Source: Perkinsela sp. CCAP 1560/9
Lineage: Eukaryota > Protista > Euglenozoa: Kinetoplastea
NCBI GenBank assembly: GCA_965644495.1
Contig: CBFFSA010000001.1
Location: forward strand, 2,170,001-2,234,000
Direction: 5' to 3'
DNA: 64,000 nucleotides
Shown: positions 1-11,294 of the stretch, piece after piece
How the letters are laid out: the number at the start of each line of letters is the position of its first letter
Position numbering within the stretch: position 1 is the stretch's first letter
Notes under the pieces: model-generated
What the model was told of the DNA's origin: nothing
The model's database searches: none
What the model saw: the letters and a program-made list of their open reading frames with translations, nothing else
Made by a program: the position numbers and the translations under genes

Positions 1-1
1 A

Positions 2-475
2 CATACTAATGCTTTTACCGGGGAAATTAGATTTGCCAATCTTCCTCCTGGTCTCGAGTATTTGGGTGTTTCGCAGAATGATTTGCACGGCAGCGTTGAT
101 TGGACTCTACTTCCACAAGGGCTTATCTCTCTGAGACTCGATCAAAACTCATTTTCGGGTCAAATCTTTCTGACTTCACTTCCATCATGTCTGAGTACTT
201 TGACTGTAAGTACGAACATGTTTGAAGGTCCGGTTATTCTTACCGAGCTTCCTTCTACATTAACCTTCTTAAACTTATCAAAAAATAAGCTATCGGGAAG
301 TCTTGATCTAAGAAGACTACCCTTGCGATTGCTCTACATCTATCTGAACGAAAATCATTTTAATGGACTAATAAATCTCTCTCTTCTCCCTCCATCATTA
401 AAATTGCTCAATGTTCAAAATACCTCTGTTGAAACACTCTCTTCCCCACCTGATGGATGCGCATTATTTGTTTGA
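2..475 (+). CDS. Leucine-rich repeat protein, 5'-partial (frame open from window start)
   Basis: Repeats of LPxxLxxLxLxxNxFxGxI/LxL (about 24 aa). The frame is open from position 2 (HTNAFTGEIRFANLPPGLEYL). Same family as the copies at 10048 and 20100. Confidence 0.9.
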   Translation, partial: HTNAFTGEIRFANLPPGLEYLGVSQNDLHGSVDWTLLPQGLISLRLDQNSFSGQIFLTSLPSCLSTLTVSTNMFEGPVILTELPSTLTFLNLSKNKLSGSLDLRRLPLRLLYIYLNENHFNGLINLSLLPPSLKLLNVQNTSVETLSSPPDGCALFV

Positions 476-973
476 GTTGAATGGGTGTACCTAAAAATGC
501 GGTGGTAGTACTTGTGTTCAGAATGTCATACTACATGTAATACATGTATACATTGTGTGTGTATACATTTTGACCCGAGACCAATTCTATTCCTGTGGGA
601 TATACGGTAATCTCCATAACACAATATACCACTTTTGATATTTTTAGTATCTTAAAATTTTTCTCCATTTGAAGAACAAGCAAATTTTTCGTTCTGTTTA
701 TGGTAGTATGTAAAGTTCACCTTTTTGGGGGGCAATGGTCAAACGAAGTGAATGAAGAAATTGGAACAAGAAAAGCCACTATAAACTCTATCACTATAAA
801 TCAACTCCTAGACTATAAACATTTTATCTAGAGCTATCATACCGTATAGTGACATTTTTTTTCCTCCTTGTCTTGAATGGTTTCTTTTTAAACGATTCAT
901 TGGACATTGTTTTAAACAGTTTCATCTGAACGATTCAAGCGTCACACTCTCATTATGTACCCTTTCCCTTGTT

Positions 974-2074
974 ATGCGTGATTCAAGCATCGCCAAAGAT
1001 CTTCAAATCGTAAACCGAAAAAAGGATCACCTACGCATCTGTCTTAACGAAACCGTACAAGGAGCTCCATGTTCTCTGGATGCCTACACTCTCCCCTACC
1101 GTGCCATTCCGGAAATCAATCTCCCAGACGTCTCTCTTGAGGCCTCGCTCTTCCCTCATCTCCCACCACTTCGTGCCCCCCTGATGGTAACCTCCATGAC
1201 AGGGGGTGAGCACCACGGTCGACGGATTAACCAAAACTTAGCCGTTGCCTGTGAGACCGAAGGCATTGCTCTTGGGTTAGGCTCGATGCGGATTGTCGAC
1301 CGCATCCCCTCCGCGCTACGAACCTTTGACGTGAGAAAGTACTGTCCCTCCATTCCACTGCTGGCGAATATCGGGCTGGTACAGCTGAACTACGGGTTTA
1401 CGGTAGAGAAGGTTGCAGAGCTCGTGTCTCGTGTCTCGGCCGATGCGCTGTGTGTTCACGTGAACGCGTTGCAGGAGGCGGTGCAGCCCGAGGGGGAGAC
1501 GAACTTTAGTGGTCTGCTGCCCAAGCTGCGGCAGCTGGTCGCCAACCTTCGTGTGCCGGTGGTGGTAAAGGAGGTGGGGCACGGGTTTGACCGGGTTAGT
1601 GCCACACGTGTGCGGGAGTGTGGGGTAAGGCTGCTGGATGTCTCGGGGACCGGAGGCACGTCCTGGGCGTGGGTAGAGTCGCGAAGAGTACAAAGGCCGA
1701 TGGTGTCTTCTGGTTCCTCCTCTTCTGTTTTGTCCGCAGTTTCTACCTCCGCCCCGACTTTGGGTGAGTTGCTGCGCGACCGGGGGCTTTCCCTCGCGGA
1801 TTCTCTGCAAGAGTGTTCTGGAATTGATGGATTGGATCTCATGGCCAGTGGTGGCATACGCAATGGAATGCACATGGCGAAGAGTCTAGCACTCGGCGCG
1901 AAGTGCTGTGGTGCCGCACTTCCGTTTCTGAAACCAGCAATGGAGTCTTCCGAAGCAGTGTGTGAATTGGTCAGGGAGTGGAAGAGACAACTTCGCGTGG
2001 TGATGATGAGCTGTGGGGTCGCAACTGTACAGGAGATGCGACATGTTCAAGCTAAGCGTCGAGCGCCGTTGTGA
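974..2074 (+). CDS. idi2: Isopentenyl-diphosphate delta-isomerase, type II (FMN-dependent)
   Basis: Motifs RKKDHL, SMTGG, GLGSMR, ANIGLVQL, HVNALQEAVQPEGE, VVKEVGHG, GTGGTSW and ASGGIRNG. Type II IDI is the kinetoplastid form. Confidence 0.95.
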   Translation: MRDSSIAKDLQIVNRKKDHLRICLNETVQGAPCSLDAYTLPYRAIPEINLPDVSLEASLFPHLPPLRAPLMVTSMTGGEHHGRRINQNLAVACETEGIALGLGSMRIVDRIPSALRTFDVRKYCPSIPLLANIGLVQLNYGFTVEKVAELVSRVSADALCVHVNALQEAVQPEGETNFSGLLPKLRQLVANLRVPVVVKEVGHGFDRVSATRVRECGVRLLDVSGTGGTSWAWVESRRVQRPMVSSGSSSSVLSAVSTSAPTLGELLRDRGLSLADSLQECSGIDGLDLMASGGIRNGMHMAKSLALGAKCCGAALPFLKPAMESSEAVCELVREWKRQLRVVMMSCGVATVQEMRHVQAKRRAPL

Positions 2075-2233
2075 AGAGTTACTGCGGTACGATGTGCTGC
2101 AGTAAGGTTGGTATTTCCATGTGTTTCATCATACTCACCATTGTTTCTTTTCTTTCCTGTATTTTATTCAATGCATTTAAACCGTGATTCGAAATTATTT
2201 AGATCTCAAAAAAAAACATTAGAAATCATAATT

Positions 2234-3547
2234 ATGTCACCGGGCAAGAAGGCATCACCGACCTCGATATTATCTCCTCCACTTGCCCTGAATCCTTCCT
2301 CGGATGGAAGGCCACGTGTTCCTCTCTTTATGGTCTCAAAAGGATTTTATGATTCATCTTCATCAACAAAAAATCAGCACGCTGAAGTAAATCTTGCGTC
2401 CCATCCAACCGTGCCAATCACCCATATTGATGTGTTTGATTTTGATGGCACCCTTTTTCGTTCTCCCATGCCCACCCGCGAGTTTTGGTCTTCGTTACTT
2501 GCCTCAGAACATATACAGGTCGCGTCCAATCAACGACAAATATTTTCCTACCAGTCCTCATGTAGGAAACGGGCCGCCAGTCTTTGTGGTCGTTTCATGG
2601 ATACGGTCTCCAACGGTGGGCTAGGTTGGTTTCAAAGCGTCGAAACACTACTGTCTCCGGCCACTCCTCTTGGTGCGGAACACCTTGATGATACCTTTTT
2701 ACCTGATAATTCTGCCACACACCATGTCTTGTCCTCTTCTGAGGGCAGGTTAGAACCTCACTGTTGTCTTGGAGAGAGGAGCGCTACTCTCTCAGAGCAC
2801 TGGTTCTCGCCTACTGTACTTCCCGCCCTACAGGCCTCCGCGTGTGATCCCGCCCACTTAACTATTGTTCTCACGGGACGCGCAGAGACCTTCCGCCCGC
2901 TTGTGGAGGAAGTGATTCGCTCCATTGGGGTTTCGCCCGACGATGTTCATTTAAAGCCCTTCCCGAGGCAAGGAAGTCCTCAAGCCTCGTCTCGGAGGAA
3001 GGGCAACGAACCTGCAGTCCGTACAACGCTGGACATGAAGTTTGAATATTTGCTTCCGATTGTACAGTATTTTTGTTTTGATTCTTCGTCAGCTATAGAG
3101 GACGAAGACTCAGATACGCCGAAGTCAAATTCTGTCAATGCAAAGAGTCCAGGAAGCCCAGTTTTTATCACCATTTACGAGGACAGAGTGCGACATGTTC
3201 AGCGTTTCCATGAGTTTCTTTCCAGTCTGGACGGTTCCTCTTGCTCTATTGATGTCAGTTCTTACCTCAAATCTCACACTAAAAAGAATATAAATGTTTG
3301 TTCTGGGAAAGCCCGTTTCAACTTTTCGGTTCAGCACGTGACGGATGGTATATCTGTGCCTCTTAAATCTGAATTGGAGCTTGCCATGGTGTCGCATTTA
3401 CAGCACATAAATCAGGTTCGCTTTATAGATCTTTGTCATAAATGTTGTTTTCCGGGACATCGAGAACACGAATGTCAGTCAGAGCCTAATCGATATTTGC
3501 AACTTATCAGGGACAGTAAACTACATTTCAGTTATAGAAATACTTAA
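2234..3547 (+). CDS. Swiss-Army-Knife RNA-repair-like HAD phosphatase (HAD_SAK_1 type) with C-terminal CCHC zinc knuckle
   Basis: HAD motifs FDFDGTLFRSP, LTGR, LKP, K and IYEDR..H. CHKCCFPGHREHEC fits CX2CX4HX4C. Start uncertain (ATG at 2171 or 2234). Confidence 0.7.
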   Translation: MSPGKKASPTSILSPPLALNPSSDGRPRVPLFMVSKGFYDSSSSTKNQHAEVNLASHPTVPITHIDVFDFDGTLFRSPMPTREFWSSLLASEHIQVASNQRQIFSYQSSCRKRAASLCGRFMDTVSNGGLGWFQSVETLLSPATPLGAEHLDDTFLPDNSATHHVLSSSEGRLEPHCCLGERSATLSEHWFSPTVLPALQASACDPAHLTIVLTGRAETFRPLVEEVIRSIGVSPDDVHLKPFPRQGSPQASSRRKGNEPAVRTTLDMKFEYLLPIVQYFCFDSSSAIEDEDSDTPKSNSVNAKSPGSPVFITIYEDRVRHVQRFHEFLSSLDGSSCSIDVSSYLKSHTKKNINVCSGKARFNFSVQHVTDGISVPLKSELELAMVSHLQHINQVRFIDLCHKCCFPGHREHECQSEPNRYLQLIRDSKLHFSYRNT

Positions 3548-4093
3548 AATGACAAGGCTTTGGCATATGATGCTTTCTATTTTACTGGTGACGTTAGGTA
3601 AACAAAGTGCTGAATTTCCACGGTTACGCTGTAAAGTTTTCAAGCCGTTTTATATGGAATGCCCTCCGAGTTCCTTCTCACGTTCTTCGCTTGTTTTTAC
3701 TTTCTTGTATTTTCCTCGAAAATGCTTGTAAACGCTTTTTGTGCTAGCGTCTAGAACTTTGATAGCAACTCCCGACAGTCGGCTTCCTACCCAACACGGC
3801 CTTTGAGACAGTCTGGGAGAAAATTTAGAACTTACTCTGTGAAAGTGTCATTGTAAGTTGAATATGATTAACCTGATCAAGGGCGTGGCAGAAGCATTAT
3901 ACAGTGCTTCAATGTGTATAAAGTTCCAAAGAGTATTTTCTTAAATAATGAATCCTTTTTGTGGGCTTTTTTCACGTTTTTGGGAGTCTATTATGCTAAT
4001 CCGCTTTCTATTTTCAGCACTTAACTGAACTTATGAATCGAATTTAGTGTAGTGGATTATCACGATTCGGAACACATCAAGAAAAGTCTATCC

Positions 4094-5083
4094 ATGGCGA
4101 GTAGCCATGCGAGTACTGAGTACTTGCTGGAGTCAAGAAAATCATACGTATTTCTAAATCGCATCCGACGCGACCTACACCTATCACAAATCTGTGCGGC
4201 CACAGCTATGGTATACTACCACAGTTTTTATCGCGCACAAACAACATTTTCCCGTCAACTTAACTCACATCTTGTTGCGCTGGCATCTTTACTTCTGGCT
4301 AGTAAAGTGGAGAACACACCTTGCACTCTCAGCTCTCTGGTGCATACCGCTTTTTCCTCGGATAACGACAGCGAACGGTACGCCCGAGAGCAGCAGCTGT
4401 TGCGCGTGGAACGGGTCTTAATTATGGCCTCACATTTCACATTCACGATTATTCATCCCTATGCTGCTCTGGGAAATTTTTTGACTACATTTCTTTCCGC
4501 CGCGCTTGAGTACAGATCAGAATCAGTAACTATGGAAACTCAAAAGGGTACCAATGAGAATAGGTCCAATGGAATAGATTGTCTTCATTTAAAATCGCTT
4601 TGTGGCAGTCTTTTGAATGAAAGTTACGGCACCCCACTGTGTATAATGTTGACTTCAATGCCATCGAACAATACTACCACACTCATGCATGGTAATCCCG
4701 ATAATGATCCAGCTCTTTGCAGTAGATTTTATCGAGAAGCACTTACTACAGCTATTCTGCGTGTCGCAACTCGATGCCTGCAGCGAATGCCTCAATGTTC
4801 CCAATGTAAGTATTTTGTTGAGAAAGACGTAATCACTCTTTGGAAGGACTACGAAACAAATGAAGGCATGGATGATAAAAATAATCTATCATCAGAATTT
4901 ATGGTGGCTTCCGACGGAAGTGACTCGAAAAGAAAATCACCTGATTTGGATAGCAAAACATCTTACGAGGTCCGTTCCATTTATGACACATTGTTGAGGT
5001 ATTACGAGATCTTTGATCCTACTTCGAACGTGTGCATCGTACTTCGTGACTTGGTGGGTGTCGATCCTACTTTACATGCATAG
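4094..5083 (+). CDS. Transcription-type cyclin (cyclin L/K/T/C-like)
   Basis: Cyclin box: ATAMVYYHSFY, LASLLLASKVENTP, LLRVERVLI, FTIIHPY. First ATG at 4094. Confidence 0.85.
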   Translation: MASSHASTEYLLESRKSYVFLNRIRRDLHLSQICAATAMVYYHSFYRAQTTFSRQLNSHLVALASLLLASKVENTPCTLSSLVHTAFSSDNDSERYAREQQLLRVERVLIMASHFTFTIIHPYAALGNFLTTFLSAALEYRSESVTMETQKGTNENRSNGIDCLHLKSLCGSLLNESYGTPLCIMLTSMPSNNTTTLMHGNPDNDPALCSRFYREALTTAILRVATRCLQRMPQCSQCKYFVEKDVITLWKDYETNEGMDDKNNLSSEFMVASDGSDSKRKSPDLDSKTSYEVRSIYDTLLRYYEIFDPTSNVCIVLRDLVGVDPTLHA

Positions 5084-5519
5084 TTTTGCCCGTTACAGTG
5101 CATTCATGAGCGTTCTCTGAACGGAAAAGTGGTGCTGCAACCCCCACGGTTCCCCGTGCCCGAAAAACAACGGGGGTCTTATTCTTGTTGAGGGGTTTGA
5201 AGTACATGCCGTAGACCCTCCCCCAGCAAGAGAATGGGTTTTGGGTCAAAATGCCAAATCTCTCTTACTGGGGGGTATGCTTTTTTGGCCAGTTTTCTCC
5301 TTTTTCCCAACTTTTTCGAATTTTTTTTTGAGTATAATTTTATAATTGATTTTCCTTTCACCCATCAAACTGCGCTAATTTTCAAAATGCGTTAACATCA
5401 TAGCAATGTCGCAATCATTGATTATTTTTAAATCCGGGAATTGCTTACGTAGCATAGCGAAGTGTTTTTAATGCGAAACGAATAAACTGATAAGCGCTGG
5501 ACTCTCCTTTATTTTAATC

Positions 5520-6830
5520 ATGCTTCCCTTATCAAATGAAGACTCTGTATCAGTGGAATCCGCAACTTCTCCGAGAGAATGTGCGGTACGCGATCAGAGC
5601 GTTTCTGTGGAGCGATCGATCTCTGGTGTTGTTCCTGTTTCAAAAACATTTTCTCGGACCTCCAATCGAGGAAAAACATCTTTGTTGCACAGGGATACAT
5701 CTGTGAAGTTACTGGACGCAGTGTCTTCTTTGCGTGTAAGACTTCGCTACGGTCTTCATCGTCGCAGAGAGCTGGAAGAAGCTCTATCAAAGACTTTCGA
5801 AGACGTAACTCTGCCCACTCCAGACAATACTTCATCGTGTGTCGGTGCTTCAGCTTTATCCTCATGTACGGATAGTTCTGAAAGCACATCAAAATTTAAT
5901 CTTGTGGATAACAAAGGCATGCAAGAGAAAGACGAAACTTCTAATAAGATTCAAAAAATGTCAGAATCAGAACATGTTCCGGTATCCGGCATTGTGGATG
6001 AATCTTCTTTGACTTTAGAACATGAAAGTGACCCAAAAGATCCATCTTCAAATACTTTGAATAAACATTGTTCTGATCAAGAAACAGGTGCTCCTCTGTC
6101 GTCTGAAAATATGAATTCAAACAGTCAGACTGTATCTTCATCAACGATTGTTTTTTCATTGTATCTTCATCAACGATTGAAAGACGATCTTTTGAAAGCT
6201 GAAGATAAGCAAACAACGAACTTCGTCGGTAAATCAGATTCAACAGAGATCGTACGTGACAGTATTGATACTCAGAAAATGAATTACGATAAGCCTGCGC
6301 CACCCAGCAAGGGTTCCACTTTGAAGAGAAAGCGTATCACGCTAAACACAAAGACAATTTCTATTGTATTTTCACATGCACGAAAGAGTCTGAATGAAGC
6401 TGAAAAAGAGCGACACACTGGTGAAGCGCTTCTTGCAAAGCAGAGGCATGTGCAAAATAGTGCTGAGAAGCGGAACGAAGAAACGCTTCTTCCCACGAAG
6501 GTCTTGGATTATCAAGACCCAAAAGCGCTTCAACAGTGTGTCGCCGATTTATCAGATAAGTTCAGTAAACTATCAGAAGTGTATGAGAAAGCATACATGG
6601 CTCGAGTACAACTTCTAAACTTGGCGAAAAGGTATGGGGACTCAAAAACAAATCTAGAATTAGTTCACGAAGGCGTTACAATATACTTTCGTCCTTCAAA
6701 AATGAGCAATGCAATTTATGATGCGTTTGCAGCTCAAGCCCGTGTAATTGAAAATGAATACGATGCTTTTTGTGTGACAGTTGATTCTATGAAACCTGAT
6801 ATTAATACCTCCTTGGGATTTATCTTGTAA
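5520..6830 (+). CDS. Hypothetical protein, Ser-rich N-terminus and probable coiled-coil C-terminus
   Basis: 436-aa ORF on the strand of the cluster, preceded by a pyrimidine tract. No recognised motif. Confidence 0.65.
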   Translation: MLPLSNEDSVSVESATSPRECAVRDQSVSVERSISGVVPVSKTFSRTSNRGKTSLLHRDTSVKLLDAVSSLRVRLRYGLHRRRELEEALSKTFEDVTLPTPDNTSSCVGASALSSCTDSSESTSKFNLVDNKGMQEKDETSNKIQKMSESEHVPVSGIVDESSLTLEHESDPKDPSSNTLNKHCSDQETGAPLSSENMNSNSQTVSSSTIVFSLYLHQRLKDDLLKAEDKQTTNFVGKSDSTEIVRDSIDTQKMNYDKPAPPSKGSTLKRKRITLNTKTISIVFSHARKSLNEAEKERHTGEALLAKQRHVQNSAEKRNEETLLPTKVLDYQDPKALQQCVADLSDKFSKLSEVYEKAYMARVQLLNLAKRYGDSKTNLELVHEGVTIYFRPSKMSNAIYDAFAAQARVIENEYDAFCVTVDSMKPDINTSLGFIL

Positions 6831-7639
6831 TTGAAATATTTTGAAGAATACGTCAAAAAGCTACAATGGCATTTTAGCTCTATTCGCTTGCGGACACATG
6901 TTTAAAAATACATTCTTCGTCATATGAAATTTCATGTATCTATTGTTATCGACTGAAAGCATCTGTTTTTGCGTACACCTGTAAAAATCTATTCTTAACG
7001 ATGTTTTCATGACATTCATAGCGTCGTTTGTGAAAAACTAAATAGATAACATGGGTGTTTTCTATGCAAATACATGTGATACACGCATAAAATACATGCA
7101 TACAAATACCTGTGATACATGTATAACAGTACTGTTTCTACCATTTACTGTAAGTAACTTACGTATGCATCCATAAATTTATTTTTGTATCTTTCTTACT
7201 TCTGGATAGCTGAACTACCTATTCCGACGAACATAAAGTTTGTTTATCATCTCAGTTTTTCTGCTGCACTCGGTGTTTTTGACTAGCGCTATTATTGAAA
7301 CAAAAGTCTTTTTTTTTAAAATCGGTTTCTGTTAAAACATAGGTGGCACTTTTCAACGTGAAATCTCGTAGAGGACTAAGAGAAACCGCTATCCTGAACC
7401 ACAGTAATAATCTTGAAGACTTTTCCCGGAACAAACCCGAGTTTTTTATTGCATCAAAACAAGATGTTCGTGAGAACTTCAATTTCCAACTTTTATTCGC
7501 TTAAAGCATAAAATTTCCTATTTCATAGTATAAATTTTAATTTTTATTTGACCAAACTTCACATAATAGGATAAAAAGGATCTTGTCTTGGTTAACTTGA
7601 TGGATAGCTTCTAAATCAGATTGATTTATTTTATTAAGC

Positions 7640-8569
7640 ATGATTCTTCGACCTCTTACAAAAGCCCGAAGAATATCTCAAGTATTACGAGCACGTCTTA
7701 TAGAACCGGATGAAATAAAAATCAAGCCTAACCAGAGTATTACCGGTTCTGATAGTTCTAGTAGTCCTAAACACTCTTCAACTAATGCTAGAGGTATAAA
7801 TAAAATTCGTTCTGACACCTATAACTACACAAAGTTAAGAGACTTATTTACTGACCCATACTGGAAAAGCAGCTTGCAAGCAGAATTTGAGAAAAAGTAC
7901 TTTTTAAAACTAGAAAGACAACTAAATTTTCTCTGGAATCGCGGCATCACGATATATCCCCCAAGGTCTCAAATCTTTGCCGCTTTTAATGCCACCCCAT
8001 TGAACCACGTGCGTGTCGTGCTCATTGGGCAAGACCCCTACCACGGTCCGAATCAAGCCCATGGACTTTGCTTCTCCGTTAGTCCCGGCGTCCCTCCTCC
8101 CCCCTCACTGCTTAATATGTACAAAGAGTTGGAGAGAGACATTCCTGGTTTCGTGACCCCTTCTCATGGCACGCTGCTGTCCTGGGCTCACCAGGGGGTA
8201 CTGATGCTAAACGCCACGCTCACGGTAGAAGCCCATAAGGCGAACTCTCACTCTGGTATGGGGTGGCAAACCTTTACCGATGCGGTGATTGATTACGTCA
8301 ATCGAAAGAAGAAAGGTGTGGTGTTTCTGCTTTGGGGAAAGTTTGCGCAACATAAGGCGACAGCAATTGACAAGAGTAAGCATTATACGATTGAATGTGC
8401 TCATCCGTCGCCGCTTTCGAAGAAGGGGTGGTATGGCTGCCGTACATTCTCGCGCTGTAACACCGCTCTTCGTGATTTGGAACTTCCGGAAATTGATTGG
8501 AAACTTCCCTATAAAATTGAAAATGTGGCAAGATCACAGCATAGTCCACATAAGAGCATATACACATAA
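7640..8569 (+). CDS. UNG: Uracil-DNA glycosylase (family 1)
   Basis: Motifs GQDPYH, AHGLCFS, PPSL, GVLMLN, FLLWG and HPSPLS. The Arg-rich N-terminus resembles a mitochondrial presequence. Confidence 0.97.
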   Translation: MILRPLTKARRISQVLRARLIEPDEIKIKPNQSITGSDSSSSPKHSSTNARGINKIRSDTYNYTKLRDLFTDPYWKSSLQAEFEKKYFLKLERQLNFLWNRGITIYPPRSQIFAAFNATPLNHVRVVLIGQDPYHGPNQAHGLCFSVSPGVPPPPSLLNMYKELERDIPGFVTPSHGTLLSWAHQGVLMLNATLTVEAHKANSHSGMGWQTFTDAVIDYVNRKKKGVVFLLWGKFAQHKATAIDKSKHYTIECAHPSPLSKKGWYGCRTFSRCNTALRDLELPEIDWKLPYKIENVARSQHSPHKSIYT

Positions 8570-8643
8570 TAGCACAGGCCAAATAATTAAATTTCATCTA
8601 CAGCCCCTCATACGTGTACCGTTACCTCCCCCCTTAGATATCC

Positions 8644-9815
8644 TAGTACGCTACTTATCCTCTTTTGTGGTGAAACCTCTGGGTCACGAGAGGATAAGTA
8701 GCGTACTAGTTTACAGAGAAAATTTTCAGAATTTTTTCATAAAAAAAATCAGTAGTAATTTTTTTAAGAGTTGTGCATAGTTATATTCAGAATAGAAATA
8801 TATCGATAGATACATGCGCGTGTACAAAAAAAATATGTTCACCATATAATATACATAGTATACTATAGTATATGTATAGTATAATATACATAGTATACTA
8901 TTCTATACTACCATACAATATAGTAATACTAGGAATACTATACTGTATGTTGTTCCGAGAACTGCTCTTTGTTCTCAGAACACTGAGAACACGATTCTAT
9001 GATCCCACTTTACATGAAAGGTTCCGTTGAGCTTTAAAAAAAAATGAGAATCACGATTCGCAGATAGGACCAAACGTTTGTCAGTGAGTATGGCGTTCTT
9101 TTTCGACGAAAGATAGCCCATTTCTACCAAGGCGAGATTACTTTTTCAATTGCGCACTGAATGGTATCGTAATGGAGAGTATGTAGACAGTACCTATAGA
9201 TCGCTGTAGGTCGCTGGCAGTTTCTGGCGGGAACTGGAGGACTAACAGTTTCTGGCAGTTTCCGTGGCACAAAAACGGCGAGCGTTAAGACATGTATCAA
9301 AGAAAAGGCCATGGTAACATTTTGGTTTTGGGCAATGTCTGTGCTTGCTCCCGGTGCTTGTTCCTCACCAGAGCAACGTACTTGGGAACATCGTTTGTTT
9401 CCACTACATCTGTTGTGGAGCGCTCAGTCTTGTCAAGGTCGAGTTGCACGGGAAACGAAGGCAGGATCAGGCTGGATAACAGGAGATTCCCTTTTTCAAT
9501 GAATGATAAAGGATTCTTTTTGACACGAGCAAGTATCCACCCGGCAAGACTTTATTCGTGCTAGACTTGTACGTAAGTCACCCAACCGAGGCAGCCGAAT
9601 CCCTTTTTCTTGATTTTGATGTCTCACTTGGGCAGCGTGCAACTCCGTCGAAAAGAACACATCGGCGAATACACATCGGCGAACACATCGGAGCGGTTGT
9701 ATCATGCTAAAAACACTTTTGGCGCAAAGGTCGCTCGAACTTCTTCTAGTACGCTACTTATCCTAGTATGCTACTTATCCTAGTATGCTACTTATCCTAG
9801 TACGTTACTTATCCT
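8644..9815. mobile_element. Non-autonomous TIR element or repeat built from a 17-bp unit CTAGTACGCTACTTATC
   Basis: The unit occurs at about 8644, inverted at about 8691-8709, and as 4 tandem copies at about 9746-9815. Confidence 0.5.
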
Positions 9816-10047
9816 CAAACTGTCCATTTCGGAGACGGAATGCGGGATATCTAAGGGGTGGTAACGGTATGTTGTTTGGTCTAAAACCTAAATCAGTCGG
9901 GGTCGAACGGTGCCATGTGATATCATGCAATATAACACGAGATCATGTTATATCACACCCTCAGGCCCTCTATCGTAGGAATTCTTTTTGCGTCCAGTAC
10001 ACAAATTCTTAAATTTCTAACATTTTTAGGAGACGCTTTTTCGAGTC

Positions 10048-10660
10048 ATGTTCACTTTATTCACGGAGAATTTGGCTTTCGCTCCTGTCAAAACAAGCGA
10101 CCTGCAAGAGCCTCCAACGAAACGACGACGTCATGGCAGCAAAGTTAGCCGTCTTGTTCTGCCTGAGGAGGAGATGATGCGTCGCTTTGTTGAACACATC
10201 GAGCATCACCCAGCTCCCTGGAAGCAATTCGCCTCACCATGTAATTGGAAAGGCGTAAAATGTGATGCAGAAAAAAGAATCACGGCCATTCATTGGAATT
10301 ATAACAGGATTTCAGGTTCTCTTGCATGGGCTTATCTTCCGCACGATGTACAGACTATGGAAGCACGTTGTCCAGCGGGTCTGATTACCAAACTTTCTGG
10401 TAAGCTGCTCTCCACCGATTTACATAAGCCACTTTCCACTCTGCTCTTGACAGCTCAAAATCATACCGGAGAATTGGATTTGACACAGCTTCCCGAATCG
10501 ATGCGTTATTTGGATGTGGGCTTTAATGAGTTGGCAGGGCCATGTGACTTGACGCAACTTCCTCAAATTCTTGAAAAATTGAACCAATGCGTTTGAAGGT
10601 GAAATACGATTGGACATGCTCCCTCCCAATTTACGTGAGTTATTCCTTTCGCGAAATCGT
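10048..10660 (+). pseudogene. LRR-family pseudogene (frameshift, then truncated by a repeat)
   Basis: LRRNT-like CNWKGVKC cap followed by LRRs. Frameshift near 10583, after which another frame continues TNAFEGEIRLDMLPPNLRELFLSRNR and ends at the repeat starting 10661. Confidence 0.8.
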
Positions 10661-11140
10661 TACATTTTCAGCCATACGCGACGTCGTTAGTGGGAAGCAA
10701 TTTGCGAAGCCGAAGGGGTGGTATGGCGAGGGTCCGCGTGAGTTGGCCTGAGCCATACGCGGCGTCGTTAGTGGGAAGCAATTTGCGAAGCCCCGTTTGA
10801 CAACAGCCACTTTGCTTTTTAACGAAGCAGCTAGCACACCGACATTGCGGGGGTTGTTTACAACCTCTGTCTCTCCCTTCTTTATTGCGTCTGGGGTAGG
10901 ACGGATCCAGGAGGGTGAGAAAAGGGGGTCCAGCCCCGCCCCCCTATCCTCGATTCGGGCACTAGTCACGGTGCTTAAAAACGATAGTCTCGGGACTCAA
11001 ACCCAGACAGTCCAGTTGGGAAGACCTGCCGTTCATAATCTGGTAGTCACAGGTTCGATTCCCGGCGGCTACATTTTTAGCCGTACGCGACGTCGTTAGT
11101 GGGAAGCAATTTGCGAAGTCCCGTTTATCAACAACAGTTC
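10661..11140 (+). repeat. Three direct copies of AGCCRTACGCGRCGTCGTTAGTGGGAAGCAATTTGCGAAG, enclosing a tRNA-like segment
   Basis: Copies at about 10670, 10751 and 11079. Confidence 0.8.
11000..11073 (+). pseudogene. Degenerate tRNA-like sequence (CAT at the anticodon position)
   Basis: A-box-like AGTCCAGTTGG, TTCATAA loop, B box GGTTCGATTCCC, then T5. The stems do not pair properly. Confidence 0.45.
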
Positions 11141-11294
11141 CCCTGGCATGTTAAGCTGTACCGCCGTTTAGGTTAGCTGTTCAGGAAAGAATTGTAATTA
11201 AAGCTGTAAGAATAAGAGTTGCAGAACAATATTTACAAAGAAATATAAAATTGTTAAAAATGTGGAAAGGCTAAATTTGACTGAATTTAACCGA

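Noticed and set aside
2063-2074. Glycosomal PTS1 on IDI2 (-APL)
   Set aside because: Not a canonical PTS1 tripeptide, so it cannot be supported.
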